A stretch of 62,611 nt of DNA, filler included, from Diploschistes diacapsis (GCA_023645945.1; 25 parts of 25 records of this genome joined end to end with filler, not necessarily neighbours in it), one strand, 5' to 3'. Shown: positions 37,544 to 49,771, counted from the first letter of the whole stretch. Notes: a model not told the origin generated them from the letters alone. Made by a program: numbers and translations.

Positions 37544-39123
37544 ACAGATTTATAATAACGCGAAATACGTATAACGGGCGTAATTAATTTATTATCGCGA
37601 AATATAAAACTATTTTCGTTTTAAATATTTCTTATTCTTATCCGTAAATATTACGCGAATTATAACGCGGATAGACTTTTTATAACTAAATTACATCTTC
37701 CGCGCGAAAAACGTCGCTATTATATAACGATATAATTCCTCGAATTTTTTATTCTTTAAAAAAAAATGGCGGTTAAACGTCCTTTACGAATAAACGCGGT
37801 ATAAAAAATACGAAATTTCTGCCTTTTTTTCTTCTAAACCGCGGAAAGCGAGACGAACGACGCGTTATTCGATAACGGAATCGTTGATAAGTATTTAACG
37901 GAAATATTATCGTTTAACGTATTAACGTTTAATTTATAAATAATTAATAAATTATATCCGTAAACGAAAACGTTTAAATATAAAAACCGAACGTATTACG
38001 TTCGATAAAAAAAGATTTATTTATTATAAACCTTTTACGATAATATCGTCGTTCTTTTTCGATATTAATAAATACGTTATCGATAATCAAAAGACCTCTT
38101 CGCTACGTATTATTAAAATAAATAACTTTTAATTAAAACGGTTAATTTTATAAATATTATTTATTAGAATAAAACGTTTACGACGATAAAAAATCGCGAT
38201 TTTTAATTTTTTCGTAAAAATAAAATCGAAAGATATTTCTTCCGCCTCGTCTTTAATATAAAAAACTTCGATACCGACCGCCTTTTATAAAAGCTTCTTT
38301 TTCTTCCTTTTATCCGAATTCCGTTAATTTAATAATTATTATAACGTTTTTTTTCGTTACGTCTTCTAGCTTTCCGAAACGTCTTACTTACGCGCGTCAA
38401 GATACGCGCGGAATTAAACGAAACTAACGTTACGAACGTTTTAACGCGAAAATTATTTAATTTTCGCGTTAACGAATTTCTCGCGAAGTTCCGAGTCGTT
38501 AACGCCGCGTATTTATTTCGCGATATTTACGATAACGTAACTTAAAGAGATCTATTATATAATAAGATTTTTAAAAATATTAAATATTTTTACGCGATTC
38601 GTATTTATAAAAAAATCTATATAATTTCTAACGTATTTACGGCCGCGCGAGAGTACGACGTTCTCGTTATTTTAATAAATAATATAAATAATCATATTAT
38701 ATTTTACCGCGTTTCGCGTTATCTTTCTTTTCTTATCAGTCACGACGATGAACGTATCCGTCGTTTATTATTTACGTTAACGTCGGCAACGAAAATATTT
38801 CGTTTATTCAATTTATTTCTTTCGGGATTAAACATTATCGACGTACGACCAATACGTAACTTATTTCGCGATAAATAACGTTAACGGATCTTTCGATACG
38901 TCGATATCGAAAAAATACTATCGTTAAACGGATAAAAAAGAAGAAAAATCGTAAAAAATTTTAAAAAGAACGGAAACGAAACTAGACGCGTTAGCGAACG
39001 TAATAACGCGAGAAAAGATTAAAAAAAGTATTTTTAAATCGTTTATAATCATTATATTAAATCGAAGACTTTAAAATATTAAATAACAATATAAATAACT
39101 TATTATTAAACGTTTATATATAT
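37544..39123. repeat. Extremely RIP-mutated repeat, class undetermined
   Basis: Very AT-rich; a large share of the surviving C/G sits in CpG; no recognisable motif. Confidence 0.5.
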
Positions 39124-39223
39124 NNNNNNNNNNNNNNNNNNNNNNNNNNNNNNNNNNNNNNNNNNNNTTAATTAATTAANNNNNNNNNNNNNNNNNNNNN
39201 NNNNNNNNNNNNNNNNNNNNNNN

Positions 39224-40803
39224 ATATAATATTATTAATAATTTCTTAATATTATATCTTATTGGTTATTTCGGAGGATTTCTTATCTAATTTAATATCG
39301 TCGTATCTATTGAACGGTATCTTTTGGCCCTTATATATATCCGTTATTATCTTGAAACGCTGGAGCATCTTCTCGACGTATACTTTTTAATCTAGGGTTA
39401 ATTTAACTGAACCTATTGAACCTAAACTGCGCTATCGCTGAATTCTTATTTTTAAAAACTTTTTCATCTTTTTCAGATCTTTAACCTTATAGCGTTTAGT
39501 TAATACTCTTTTAAATCAACATACATCATATAGGTCCGATACTGCTATAATAATGTCGTTTACGTAAAGGCCAATTAATAGCTTTCGATCTCGTAAAATA
39601 AAGACGTATGGGTCAGTATTGGATCGGACGAATTTTAAATTTAGGATTATATTATTATATTTTTTATATTAATCTTTAATCGTCTGCTTTAGTTTATATA
39701 AGCTTTTATTAATTTTAAATACGGTGCTTTTTAGAACGCTATATCTTTTTAATGCGGTTATATAGATTTAATATATTAATAATGTTTCCGTAAACGTATT
39801 ATTAACGTTCATTTAATAATATTTTAGATCTTTAATTGTTATAATCGTTAATAGGATCCGTAGCGAGTCGGTTCGAATAATAGGAATAAATGTCTTATCG
39901 AAATCGATACTTTGTTTCTGCGAGAACCTTCTTGCGATTAATTTAGTTTTGAACCTTTCAATATCGCCATTGAGATTGTACTTGACATCGAAAACCCATC
40001 TTGAGCTTATAATATTGGTAGGTTCAGGTGGTTCAGGTAGTTCAGTCTAGGCACATACATCACATATCCCAAATGCAGAACGCTATTGCCTTGCTTCAAC
40101 CTAACCTTCCCAGCATAATCTGAATAGAGCATTCCTCCCCCGATTTTGATTCGTCGTTTTCGAATAGGAGTCAGGTTTCTAAGTAGATGTAATTGGTTAG
40201 TTATATATGATAAGGCGCCGGTATTACCGATCTATTTAATAAAAATAATCTTACTTTTAATAATAGCGTCTTTAGTTATATTATTAATTTTATTATTATA
40301 TAATTAAGGTTTAGGTTCAGATTTAGATTTTAAATTTTTTGAACTTTTATCGTCTGAATCTTTTGTATTGTAGACGCGCTTGTTCTTGTTTTTCTTGTTA
40401 CGGATATCTCGGGATCCTTTTTCTTTCTTTCGTTTTTTGTTTTTTGTTACGATGATTAATTTTTTAAATTCTTTAGCGAGCTTGTATCGTATCGCGCGAT
40501 AATTATCGCCATTATAAAGTAAACATCCTTTTTTTGGACTAAAATGGCGGCGTCGTTTTTCGCCGGATCGTCCTTAAGAGCGAAAACGGAAGTCTTTAGG
40601 GTACTATAATCTTCCATAACGTAAGAAATATGTTATAATTTCTTTTATTAGCTTATTTTGCTTATCGATGAGCTTATTGAGTTATCTATCGAAATCGATA
40701 TTGACGGATAAGATACCATCGATCTAAATATTAATAACGTCGATAATAATTTCATAATCAGGCGGTAATTTTATAAATAATTGTTAAAAGGGAACCTTTA
40801 ATA
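39224..40803 (-). mobile_element. Ty1/copia element with internal deletion (gag-protease joined to RT)
   Basis: (W)IG(D)TGA.S(HM)T.QL...IKIGGGMLYSD...VMYVPRL, then directly SSRWVFDVKY...ERFK.KL.AR.FSQ...GLYV(D)DIII. Confidence 0.85.
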
Positions 40804-40903
40804 NNNNNNNNNNNNNNNNNNNNNNNNNNNNNNNNNNNNNNNNNNNNTTAATTAATTAANNNNNNNNNNNNNNNNNNNNNNNNNNNNNNNNNNNNNNNNN
40901 NNN

Positions 40904-41195
40904 GATACGGATATTATAATTAAAATTTTTTAAATATTAATATTAATGCGGATACTATATTTCCGTGAATCCACGAACACGGACACCGTAATTAAAAATT
41001 TAAAACACGGATATTAATACGGATATTATATTTCCGTAAATCCACGGACACGGATATCGTAATTAAATAATCTAAAATACGGATATTAATACGGACACTG
41101 CATTTTCGTAAATCCACGGACACGGACATCGCAGCAAAAAAATCTAAAACACTGACACTGACACTGCGGTGTCCGTGTCAGGGACGGCCAGCCTA
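40904..41195 (+). mobile_element. ACACGG-repeat element, right end
   Basis: Three ~72-bp units; terminus GACGGCCAGCCTA. Confidence 0.85.
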
Positions 41196-41504
41196 TTCTA
41201 GAACATAATAGAATATCATCGAAGATTATAGAATATTCGGCTTACTAATACATGGAATGATTTAAGAGGATAAGGAACATTCTAGATTAAACTATTACTA
41301 ATCATACTAGCGTGAAATGTGCCTATAAAAGGCCTCTCACCCTCCATCGTTCCTAGTTACAACCTTCAAGCTCTTCAATATATCTTCACTGTACAATAGT
41401 CAGCTACCAGGCTAGGCAGGCTAAGATTATTCCCTAGTTAGGACTAGCTGAAGAATATATTCTTAGTCATCAGTTACCTATTAGGACTTCCACCACTTTC
41501 AACA
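41196..41504 (+). mobile_element. LTR family D, 3' part
   Basis: Near-identical to 59868-60175; CTATAAAAGG TATA box; ends TTTCAACA. Confidence 0.8.
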
Positions 41505-41659
41505 ATAAATTTATTATGCCGATATTTAAACGTTAATAGAATCGAATATGCGACGGCGTTAAACCCATTTTTGAAAGGATAGCGAATTAAAACGTAGTTA
41601 AAAGCACCCCAGAAGCGATAGCGAGGGAAAATGTCGTTAAAAATGAATTAAAATCGTTA

Positions 41660-41874
41660 ACGTGTTTCACCAGGAAACGGGTCACACCACGAAGCGGGTC
41701 ACAATCCCTGCACCTTCGTAAAATGTATTTCCTAAAGGCCGAAGAACGGGGTAGTGTAGTTGAGAACAGATTTAGTTTCGTACAAATATGGAAGCGCTCG
41801 ACCTAGCGCAATTAACTTACATTATAATGTATGACCCGCTTCGTTGGTGTGACCCGTTTCCTGGTGAAACACGT
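41660..41874. mobile_element. Fot1/pogo-type MITE, 215 bp, with TA target duplication
   Basis: ~43-bp TIRs ACGTGTTTCACCAGGAAACGGGTCACACCA(A)CGAAGCGGGTCA; TA on both sides. Confidence 0.9.
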
Positions 41875-41984
41875 TAATAGTTCTTGTAAATGACTAAGAT
41901 ATATTCTGCAGCTAGTCCTAACTAGGAAATAATCCTAACCTGCCTATATTGAAAGTAATAAAAGTCCTAATAAATAACTGATGA

Positions 41985-42483
41985 TGAAACGCCAGCGCAG
42001 GAATGGAATACTACACTACCGGGGGCTGGGCCTGATCCGGAAGGATTACGTGTAGCTGGGCATCTGTAAGTAAAAGGTCTCGATTCGAAAAGCTAGAGAA
42101 GAAATTATCTAGGTGGGAGGGTGGCAGGAATAAATAGTATGTGGGTGTTAGTTCTACGAGGTTTCGGGTCCTACCCGCTTATATAGCCATCTCCTAATAT
42201 CCTTGGCACGGATGGTATCTGTTATATGATTTTATCGTGGTTATGTAATCCTGGCATGGCTTAGTAGGTATTTAGATTAAACTATTTTATTATCTTCTTT
42301 TTTAGATATTTATATTTTTTATAAGCGTTATGCTTTTTTTAAATAATTTATATCTCGATCTTCTTCTTATTGTTACATTTATTTAAAAAGATATTCGTTA
42401 TTCTTTCGTAATTAACGTTTCTTTCTTTTTAGATCTTTTTTAACGGCGTTTTTAATTAAATATATTTTTAGATTTTATAAGAG
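41985..42483 (-). mobile_element. LTR family B plus adjacent internal sequence
   Basis: Starts TGAAACGCCAGCGCAGG; the flank after ~42365 matches the flank after ~57088. Confidence 0.75.
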
Positions 42484-42583
42484 NNNNNNNNNNNNNNNNN
42501 NNNNNNNNNNNNNNNNNNNNNNNNNNNTTAATTAATTAANNNNNNNNNNNNNNNNNNNNNNNNNNNNNNNNNNNNNNNNNNNN

Positions 42584-43153
42584 GACACGGCCGTGTCAGT
42601 GACACGGATACTGATAGTGTCAATGTCCGTGTTTTAGATTTTTTAGCTACGGTATCCGTGTCCGTAGATTCACGAAAATGCAGTGTCCGTGTTAGTATTA
42701 ATATTTTAAAATTTTTAATTATAATGTCCGTGTTCGTGCTTTTATTATAATGTAATGTCCGTGTCAATGTCCGTATCGAAATTTTTTTTATTACGGTATC
42801 CGGGTTCGTGCATTCACCAAAACACTTTAAATTATTTTTTTAATTTTAATAATTCTAGAATTATCACTCCTATTTCTCACGCTTTTATTTTTTTAAAAAA
42901 ATGTCATTGCGGTGTTTCGGTGGATTCACCGTAATATTTCGATAAATTCACGGACATGTAGTGTCCGTATCAATATTAATATTTTAAAATTTTTAATTAC
43001 AGTGTCCGTATCCGTGCTTTTACTGCAGTGTAATATCCGTGTCAATATCCGTGTTTTAAAATTTTAGCTATCGTGTCCGTGTTAGTGTCCGTGTTTAAAA
43101 AATTTTTGCTGCAGTGTCCGTGTCAGTGACCGTGGCACGAAACGGCCAGCCTA
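42584..43153 (-). mobile_element. ACACGG-repeat element, near-complete reverse copy
   Basis: GTCCGTGT arrays ending GCACGAAACGGCCAGCCTA. Confidence 0.85.
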
Positions 43154-44262
43154 GGAGGGATTCCGTATACTTTTATCGGAATTATATAGATTACGGATTT
43201 AAAAACTATTTTAGATATATTGATAGAACGTCGTCGCTGGACCGATCTAATTATAATAAAAAATAAATGTAGATCTTTAACCCGGATACTAGAGATGCTT
43301 ATTTTAAAGGATAGATCACGAAAGCATTAAAGACGTTTAAAGAATATTACATAACCTTGTGTTAAAAGGAGTATTCCGTTTTTAATACTTAAAAGAAGAA
43401 TTGTTTCGTTATTTTGTTATAGACGTAGTCCGATTCTTAAAAGATTTTGAGACGAGTACTTTTTCCGGACGAGAATTCAGACCTAGATGAAGAAAAGGAC
43501 GAGAAGGAAGATCAAATAGATAACCTTGATCTAAGTATAGAAGAAATAGAGTCCGGAAAGGATAAGAAGGAAAGAAACGGAAAGGACCTTATAAAAAAAT
43601 AAGTATGAAATAAAATTAAGGATTGGATATTGAAGGTAAGCCTGTGAATATTTAAACTATAAATGGCGAGGAAGAAACATAAAGAAAGTTTAAAGAAGGA
43701 TAAAGCCGTTTTGGTTAAAGATTATATAATTAAGAATCGGAGTTAGTATTATAAGGTTTTAAAGGTTTATAATAGGGAATTGTTTATCGCTTACGCGGTT
43801 GTTTATTTTATTTATTAGTTTTATAATATTCTTACTTTTCCGTTTGATTTGTTTATTTGTTTTTTTATATGATTTATTTGCTTATTTATCTTTCTGTTTA
43901 TTTATTTATAATTAACTTTTTATTAATCGTGGCGAGAAGTAGGGATGGGAAGGAAGAAAAAGAAGATTATAGATCGTGTTATTAATTATATTTGTCGGGC
44001 GGAGTATTTACGGATAATATAAATACGATCGGAGATAAGGATGTTTTTAGATCGGTATCGTTCTTCTATCTAGTTATATTTAAAAAAATAAAATATAAAA
44101 AGATAAGTTCAAGAACACGATTACGTTAAGAAAGGAATATTAACGATAATAAATTTATTGATNNNNNNNNNNNNNNNNNNNNNNNNNNNNNNNNNNNNNN
44201 NNNNNNTTAATTAATTAANNNNNNNNNNNNNNNNNNNNNNNNNNNNNNNNNNNNNNNNNNNN

Positions 44263-45111
44263 ATATATAATCATTCAATAAAGTGACACTGAATGATATT
44301 AAAAAGATTAAAGTCTTAAAGAAGATTCCTTAGCTAAAAAGAGAAGATAAGGTCTACTTATATATAAACAACCTTAGAACACGCAGACCCTTTAAAAAAT
44401 TTAATTATATCAAAATCGGACTTTTCCTTATCGATAAACAACCCGTTATACCAAACGAAATTAAACGAGTTAATTATCGACTCAAATTATTAAAAAACGT
44501 AAAAATCTACCCAATATTTTATTTCAGATACCTCGAACCAGCACATCTAAACATACTATTATAAAAAACTTTCTACTTCGAACCAAATAACGAAAACGAA
44601 TACGAAATTGAAAGACTTATTAACGCAAAGGAAGACACGTATTAAATCAGATAGAAAAGATACCCAGCGAGTTAAGATATATAAGAACCTATAACGAACT
44701 TAACAAACTACAAAAAAAAATTTACAAAATATTAAAACGTTCACCCGTTTATAAATTAATTAATATAAGATCAACGAGACGTCGGTTGGAACTAATTTAA
44801 TAAAATAAAAATCTTATCCTTTAAAACCCAGTTCAACTGCCTAGACGACATTATTACCAATTCAGACAACTCTAAACCGAACGCCAGTAACAAACCTTCT
44901 TAGGCGTTGGTGTATGCCTCGGACGATTTTAAATCTAATTTCTCCGCTAAACAACGCGCTTGTTCGTCAGCACGATCTTTTACCAACTTAAAAACCTTTT
45001 GGTTACGGCGAATGCGACGTATACGCTAAAGACGACAATCTTTAATTTCACGGAATTGCTTTTTTAATTCTTCCTTTTGCTTATCATCCTCGTTAATAAA
45101 CTTCTTAATAT
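44263..45111 (+). mobile_element. Ty3/gypsy integrase C-terminus/chromodomain relic and 3' region
   Basis: EDKVYL..NLRTRRP.KK..IKIG.F...VNYRL.L....IYPIF....LEPA...EYEIERL. Confidence 0.8.
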
Positions 45112-45607
45112 TAGGCTGGCCGTTGCGTGCCACGGTCACTGACACGGACACTGCACTGCAGTAAAAGCACGGACACGGACACTACGGCTAAAAATTTTAA
45201 AACACGGACATTTCCACGGACATTATACTACAGTAAAAACACGGACACGAATATTACGGCCAAAAATTTTAAAACACGAACACTTCCACGGATATTATAT
45301 TATAATAAATTCACCGAAATATTACCGTAAATCTATCGAAATACCGCAATAAAAAAATAAAAACGTAAAAAATAAACGTAATAATTTTAAAATTATTAAA
45401 AAATAAATATTATTTAAAAATATTTGGATAAATATATAAATACGATAATAAATCCATTAACACGAATATTATAATTAAAATTTTTAAAATACGGATACTT
45501 CCACGAACATTATACTATAATAAAAACACGGACACGGACATTACGGCTAAAATTTTTAAAACACGGACACTACCACGGCCGTATCAGTGTCCGTGACGGC
45601 CAGCCTA
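45112..45607 (+). mobile_element. ACACGG-repeat element, complete 496-bp copy
   Basis: TAGGCTGGCCGT...ACGGCCAGCCTA perfect 12-bp inverted ends; two repeat blocks around an AT-rich spacer. Confidence 0.9.
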
Positions 45608-45841
45608 ATTATTTTATATCTAGACGATACTTTAATTTATTTTAACGGAATATTCGAAGATTATCGATAAAAAATTAAAAAATATTTCGACGATTTAATA
45701 AATATAAACCTCGCTTATAATTAAAAAAATACGTATTTTATAGAACAGAAATTAACTTTTTAAAATATGTTATAGAACGAAAAGACGTTAAGATCGATTT
45801 TAAAAAAATATAATCGATTCTTAAATAATTAACCCCGAAGA
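45608..45841 (+). mobile_element. Ty3/gypsy RT fragment
   Basis: LYLDDTLIY motif followed by a degenerate K..F...EINFL.YVI. Confidence 0.7.
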
Positions 45842-45941
45842 NNNNNNNNNNNNNNNNNNNNNNNNNNNNNNNNNNNNNNNNNNNNTTAATTAATTAANNN
45901 NNNNNNNNNNNNNNNNNNNNNNNNNNNNNNNNNNNNNNNNN

Positions 45942-46510
45942 TTTATCACCTTTATCTTATAATTCTTTATCAACCACGAATTGACTCGATTTAGATTATT
46001 CTTTATAATATAATTCTTCATTAAATACGACCGAACTGCGAAAGATTAATAAAGAATTTATTAGACGTTACGAGCCGTTTTAGAATTAATTAATTCGATT
46101 CGACGTTATTCGAATCGAATAATCCATATATTTAAATCGATATATATTAAACTTATAACGCTTCGAAAAGAAAACCGAGAATAAAAAACGTTTCTTAATA
46201 ATCGTAAAAAACGTAAATTAAATAAACGAATCGAATTAAAAGATCGTTTTATGTTTAATATAGACGAAGTTCTTGAAATAATAATTCGGGTTAAATCGAG
46301 TTAAATAATTTCGAAACGACTTATAACGCGTAAAAAACGTCGTCGCGTTTTTAAAACCGAGAAGGATAAAGAGGAGGAAAATAGATTCGATTTAGATCGA
46401 TTAGATTCTAATTGCGACGAATAGGTTGTATTTAAAAATCGTAGAATGTTAGCGGTAGTGATTTGAGGTGGCCCAGATGGGGGGGTGGCCCAGATGACCG
46501 TGAAACATGT
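45942..46510 (+). mobile_element. Fot1/pogo transposase C-terminus and right TIR
   Basis: Basic then acidic tail; TIR with two GTGGCCCAGAT repeats ending ACATGT|TA. Reverse copy at 47004-47370. Confidence 0.7.
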
Positions 46511-46649
46511 TATCAATATTTAACTTTATCATTACTAAACCCCATTTAACATCTTCGAATAATCATCGAAGTTCGACTATATTAAAATTAAACTCGTTCA
46601 ATTAAAAAAAAATAAAAAATAAAAAATAAGTTATTTAATAAACGAATTG

Positions 46650-47000
46650 CTTTTAGCGTATGAAACCGTTTTATTATTCGAAATAAAAAACTCGGCCTAA
46701 ATCAAAAAATCTAGTTGAATTAGACATACTAAATGATTCCGCCTGTAAAGGAGTGTTGGGCGGACAGATAAAAGGCATAACAGGCTCGATCTAATTCCGG
46801 AAGGTTCAGTTCGGGTAACCGGGAAGTTCAGTTCAGGTGAACTTCCCCCCCTAAACCTGCTAGGATTCTGGCTAGACCGGTTCGGGAATAGCAAGAATAG
46901 TAGGGCTTAGCGCCCACCGTAAAGAATAAAAGTCTGCACAATAACATACTTCCTAGGACAAGACCTCTAGACTTCAATATATCCATTACGTTGCCAAACA
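46650..47000 (-). mobile_element. LTR-like family C
   Basis: Same terminus as 26872; left boundary approximate. Confidence 0.7.
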
Positions 47001-47370
47001 TAATCTATTCGTCGCAATCAGAATCTAATCGATCTAAATCGAATCTATTTTCTTCTTTTTTATTTTTCTCGATTTCAGAAACGCGACGACGTTTTTTACG
47101 CGTTATAAATCGTTTTGAAATTATTTGACTCGATTTAACCCGAGCTGCTATTTTAAGAATTTCGTCTATATTAAATATAAAACGATCTTTTAATTCGATT
47201 CGTTTATCTGATTTACATTTTTACGATTATTAAGAAACGTTTTTTGTTTTCGGTTTTCTTTACGAAGCGTTATAAATTTAACATACGTCGATTTAAGTAT
47301 ACGGGTTATTCGATTCGAATAATGTCGAATCGGGTTAATTAGTTTTAAAACGGTTCGCAACGTTTAATTG

Positions 47371-47520
47371 CCGGTGTCCGTGACACGGATACCGCAGTAT
47401 TAGTGTCAGTGTTTTAGAATTTTTAGCTGCGGTGTCCGTGTTCGTGCTTTTATTGTAATGTAATGTCCGTGTAAATATTCGTGTTAAGAAGTTTTTTGCT
47501 GCAGTATCCGTGTCCGTGAT
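47371..47520 (-). mobile_element. ACACGG-repeat element fragment (another fragment at 47621-47812)
   Basis: GTGTCCGTG arrays and the shared spacer sequence. Confidence 0.75.
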
Positions 47521-47812
47521 NNNNNNNNNNNNNNNNNNNNNNNNNNNNNNNNNNNNNNNNNNNNTTAATTAATTAANNNNNNNNNNNNNNNNNNNNNNNN
47601 NNNNNNNNNNNNNNNNNNNNATTCGTATCCGTGCATTCTCTGAAATATTTTAAAATATTTTTTTTCAATTTTAATAATTCTGGAATTATCACGTCTATTT
47701 CTTACGCTTTTATTTTTTTAAAAAAATTTCATTACGGTATTTCGGTGGATTTACTTTAGTATTTTAATAAATTCACGGAAATATAATATCCGTATTAATA
47801 TTAATATTCTAA

Positions 47813-48070
47813 ATTTAGGATTCGTCCGATCTAATGCTGATCTATGTATCTTTATTTTGCGAGATCGAAAGCTATTGGTTGGTTTTTACGTGAACGATAT
47901 TATTATAGCAGTATCGGACCTATATGATGTATATTGGTTTAAGAGAGTACTGGTTGAACGCTATAAGGTTAAAGATCTGGGGAAGATGAAAAAGCTTTTA
48001 GGAATAAGAGTTCAGCGATAGCGTAGTTTAGGTTTAATAGGTTTAACTGAACTGACCTTAGATTAAAAGG
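47813..48070 (+). mobile_element. Ty1/copia RT fragment
   Basis: GFVRSNADLCIFILRDRKLLVGFYVNDIIIAV...YKVKDLGKMKKLLGIRVQR. Confidence 0.85.
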
Positions 48071-48259
48071 TAGGCTGGCCGTCACTGACACTGACAGTGT
48101 TAGTGTCCGTGTTTTAGATTTTTTTGCTGCGGTGTCCGTGTCCGTGGATTTATAGAAATGTAGTGTCCGTGTTAATGTCCGTGTTTTAGATTTTTTAATT
48201 GCGGTGTCCGTGTTCGTGGATTTACGGAAATGTAGTGTCCGTGTTAGTGTCCGTGTTAG
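48071..48259 (-). mobile_element. ACACGG-repeat element right end, interrupted by LTR A
   Basis: TAGGCTGGCCGTCACTGACAC start. Confidence 0.85.
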
Positions 48260-49001
48260 TGTTACAATCCAAGGTACTAGTCGGTAGTACTTAGCACGTA
48301 ACAACTAGTCGGGCACTTCCCAACCACTCCTTATATATAATCCAATCAGGGTGACACGGGTCACGTAATAAATAAAAAGTTTAAAAAACCATTCTACTTA
48401 ATCGTAAATAGAAAGGAAGAACGGTAATTTTATCCATCTATTTATCTACTTTATTAAAGGAGCTATTGGCTATATAAAAACGTTATTATAATCTTTACGA
48501 ACTTAAAACGTGTTTACTTTTATAAATATTTTAAATTATTATTCGAGATTAATTTATATTCGTTATTTTTATTACCTTAAAACCTTCTTTCCAGAAACAG
48601 TCTAAGATCTATAACTATTTTATCTTCTTTTTCTATCATATTCCTCTTTTAATAGAAATTAAACCTATCTTAATTTTACTCGTGTATATTTTATATAGAT
48701 AAAAATCATAACACTTGAATATTTTTAAAAATGAATGTTACTAACAGTACAACCGGGCGATCGCCATCGATGATTAAATCCGTAGTATTTCGAGCACTTA
48801 GGGCAGTAACGCCACTAAATGAAACCGATGTTCCTATAACGGACACAGCGGAAGCTAGAAGCGACGATCTTAGAAGTAACGATAAATTTAACGAAGATAA
48901 ATCGTATAAAAAACCCATTATAAAAACTATAAAGCTAATAACGTTCTACGGAAATCGAAAGAAATTAAAATACTAAATACTTTAACTTTCAATATATTTC
49001 T
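48260..49001 (+). mobile_element. 5' LTR A (48260-48713) plus start of gypsy gag
   Basis: LTR followed by a CTTGAA leader and an ORF from 48731 ending ...TFYGNRKKLKY*IL*L.IYF (gag F.GDR..L..W..Q...YF pattern). Confidence 0.8.
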
Positions 49002-49199
49002 TAGGCTGGCCGTTTCGTGCCACGGTCACTGACACGGACACTACAGCAAAAATTTTTAAAACACGGACACTGACACGGACACGATAACTAAAATTTTAAA
49101 ACACGGACACTGACACGGATACTGTATTGTAGTAAAAGTACGGACACGGATACTACAATTAAAAATTTTAAAACATTAATATTAACACGGATATTATAT
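49002..49199 (+). mobile_element. ACACGG-repeat element, left end
   Basis: TAGGCTGGCCGTTTCGTGCCACGG start. Confidence 0.85.
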
Positions 49200-49316
49200 N
49201 NNNNNNNNNNNNNNNNNNNNNNNNNNNNNNNNNNNNNNNNNNNTTAATTAATTAANNNNNNNNNNNNNNNNNNNNNNNNNNNNNNNNNNNNNNNNNNNNT
49301 CTTAAAGATATTTAAG

Positions 49317-49771
49317 TGTTATAATCTCTATCTATATAAGATATATACGAGTAAAATTAAAATAAGTTTGATTTCTATTAAAAAAGAAATATGATAAAAA
49401 AAAAAGATAGAATAATCATAAGTTTTAGATTATCTTTAAAAAGAAAGCTCTAAAATAATAAAAATAATAAATATAAATTAATCCCGAATAATAATTTAAA
49501 ATATTTATAAAAATAAACACGTTTTTTTCCACGAAAATAAAAACGTATTTATATATAATTAACTTATTCGTCGTTTATCGTAAATTCAACGAACGGTACC
49601 CTCGAGGCTCGCCGTTTATAAAAATAAACGCGATTATCGAATAATAACGAAAGCTTGCTCACCGCTCACGAAGATGAACGCGAGCAATAAACGCATCACG
49701 TGACCCCTGGTCCCGTGACTGATCTATATATAAAGCTAAGACGTGCCAAGTCTGGTACTTGGATCGTAACA
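49317..49771 (-). mobile_element. 5' LTR family A variant
   Basis: TGTTATAATC...GATCGTAACA; gag leader at 49300-49316. Confidence 0.8.

Noticed and set aside
40904..41195. CRISPR-like repeat-spacer look of the ACACGG arrays
   Set aside because: The intervening segments are themselves repeated rather than unique. The genome is eukaryotic and no cas genes are present.
47969..48304. TRTLH/STDTDT peptide ORFs (also 30926, 42528, 45127) and FRRF-type ORFs at 60982-61287
   Set aside because: By-products of repeats whose unit length is a multiple of three. They have no consistent start and cross element boundaries.
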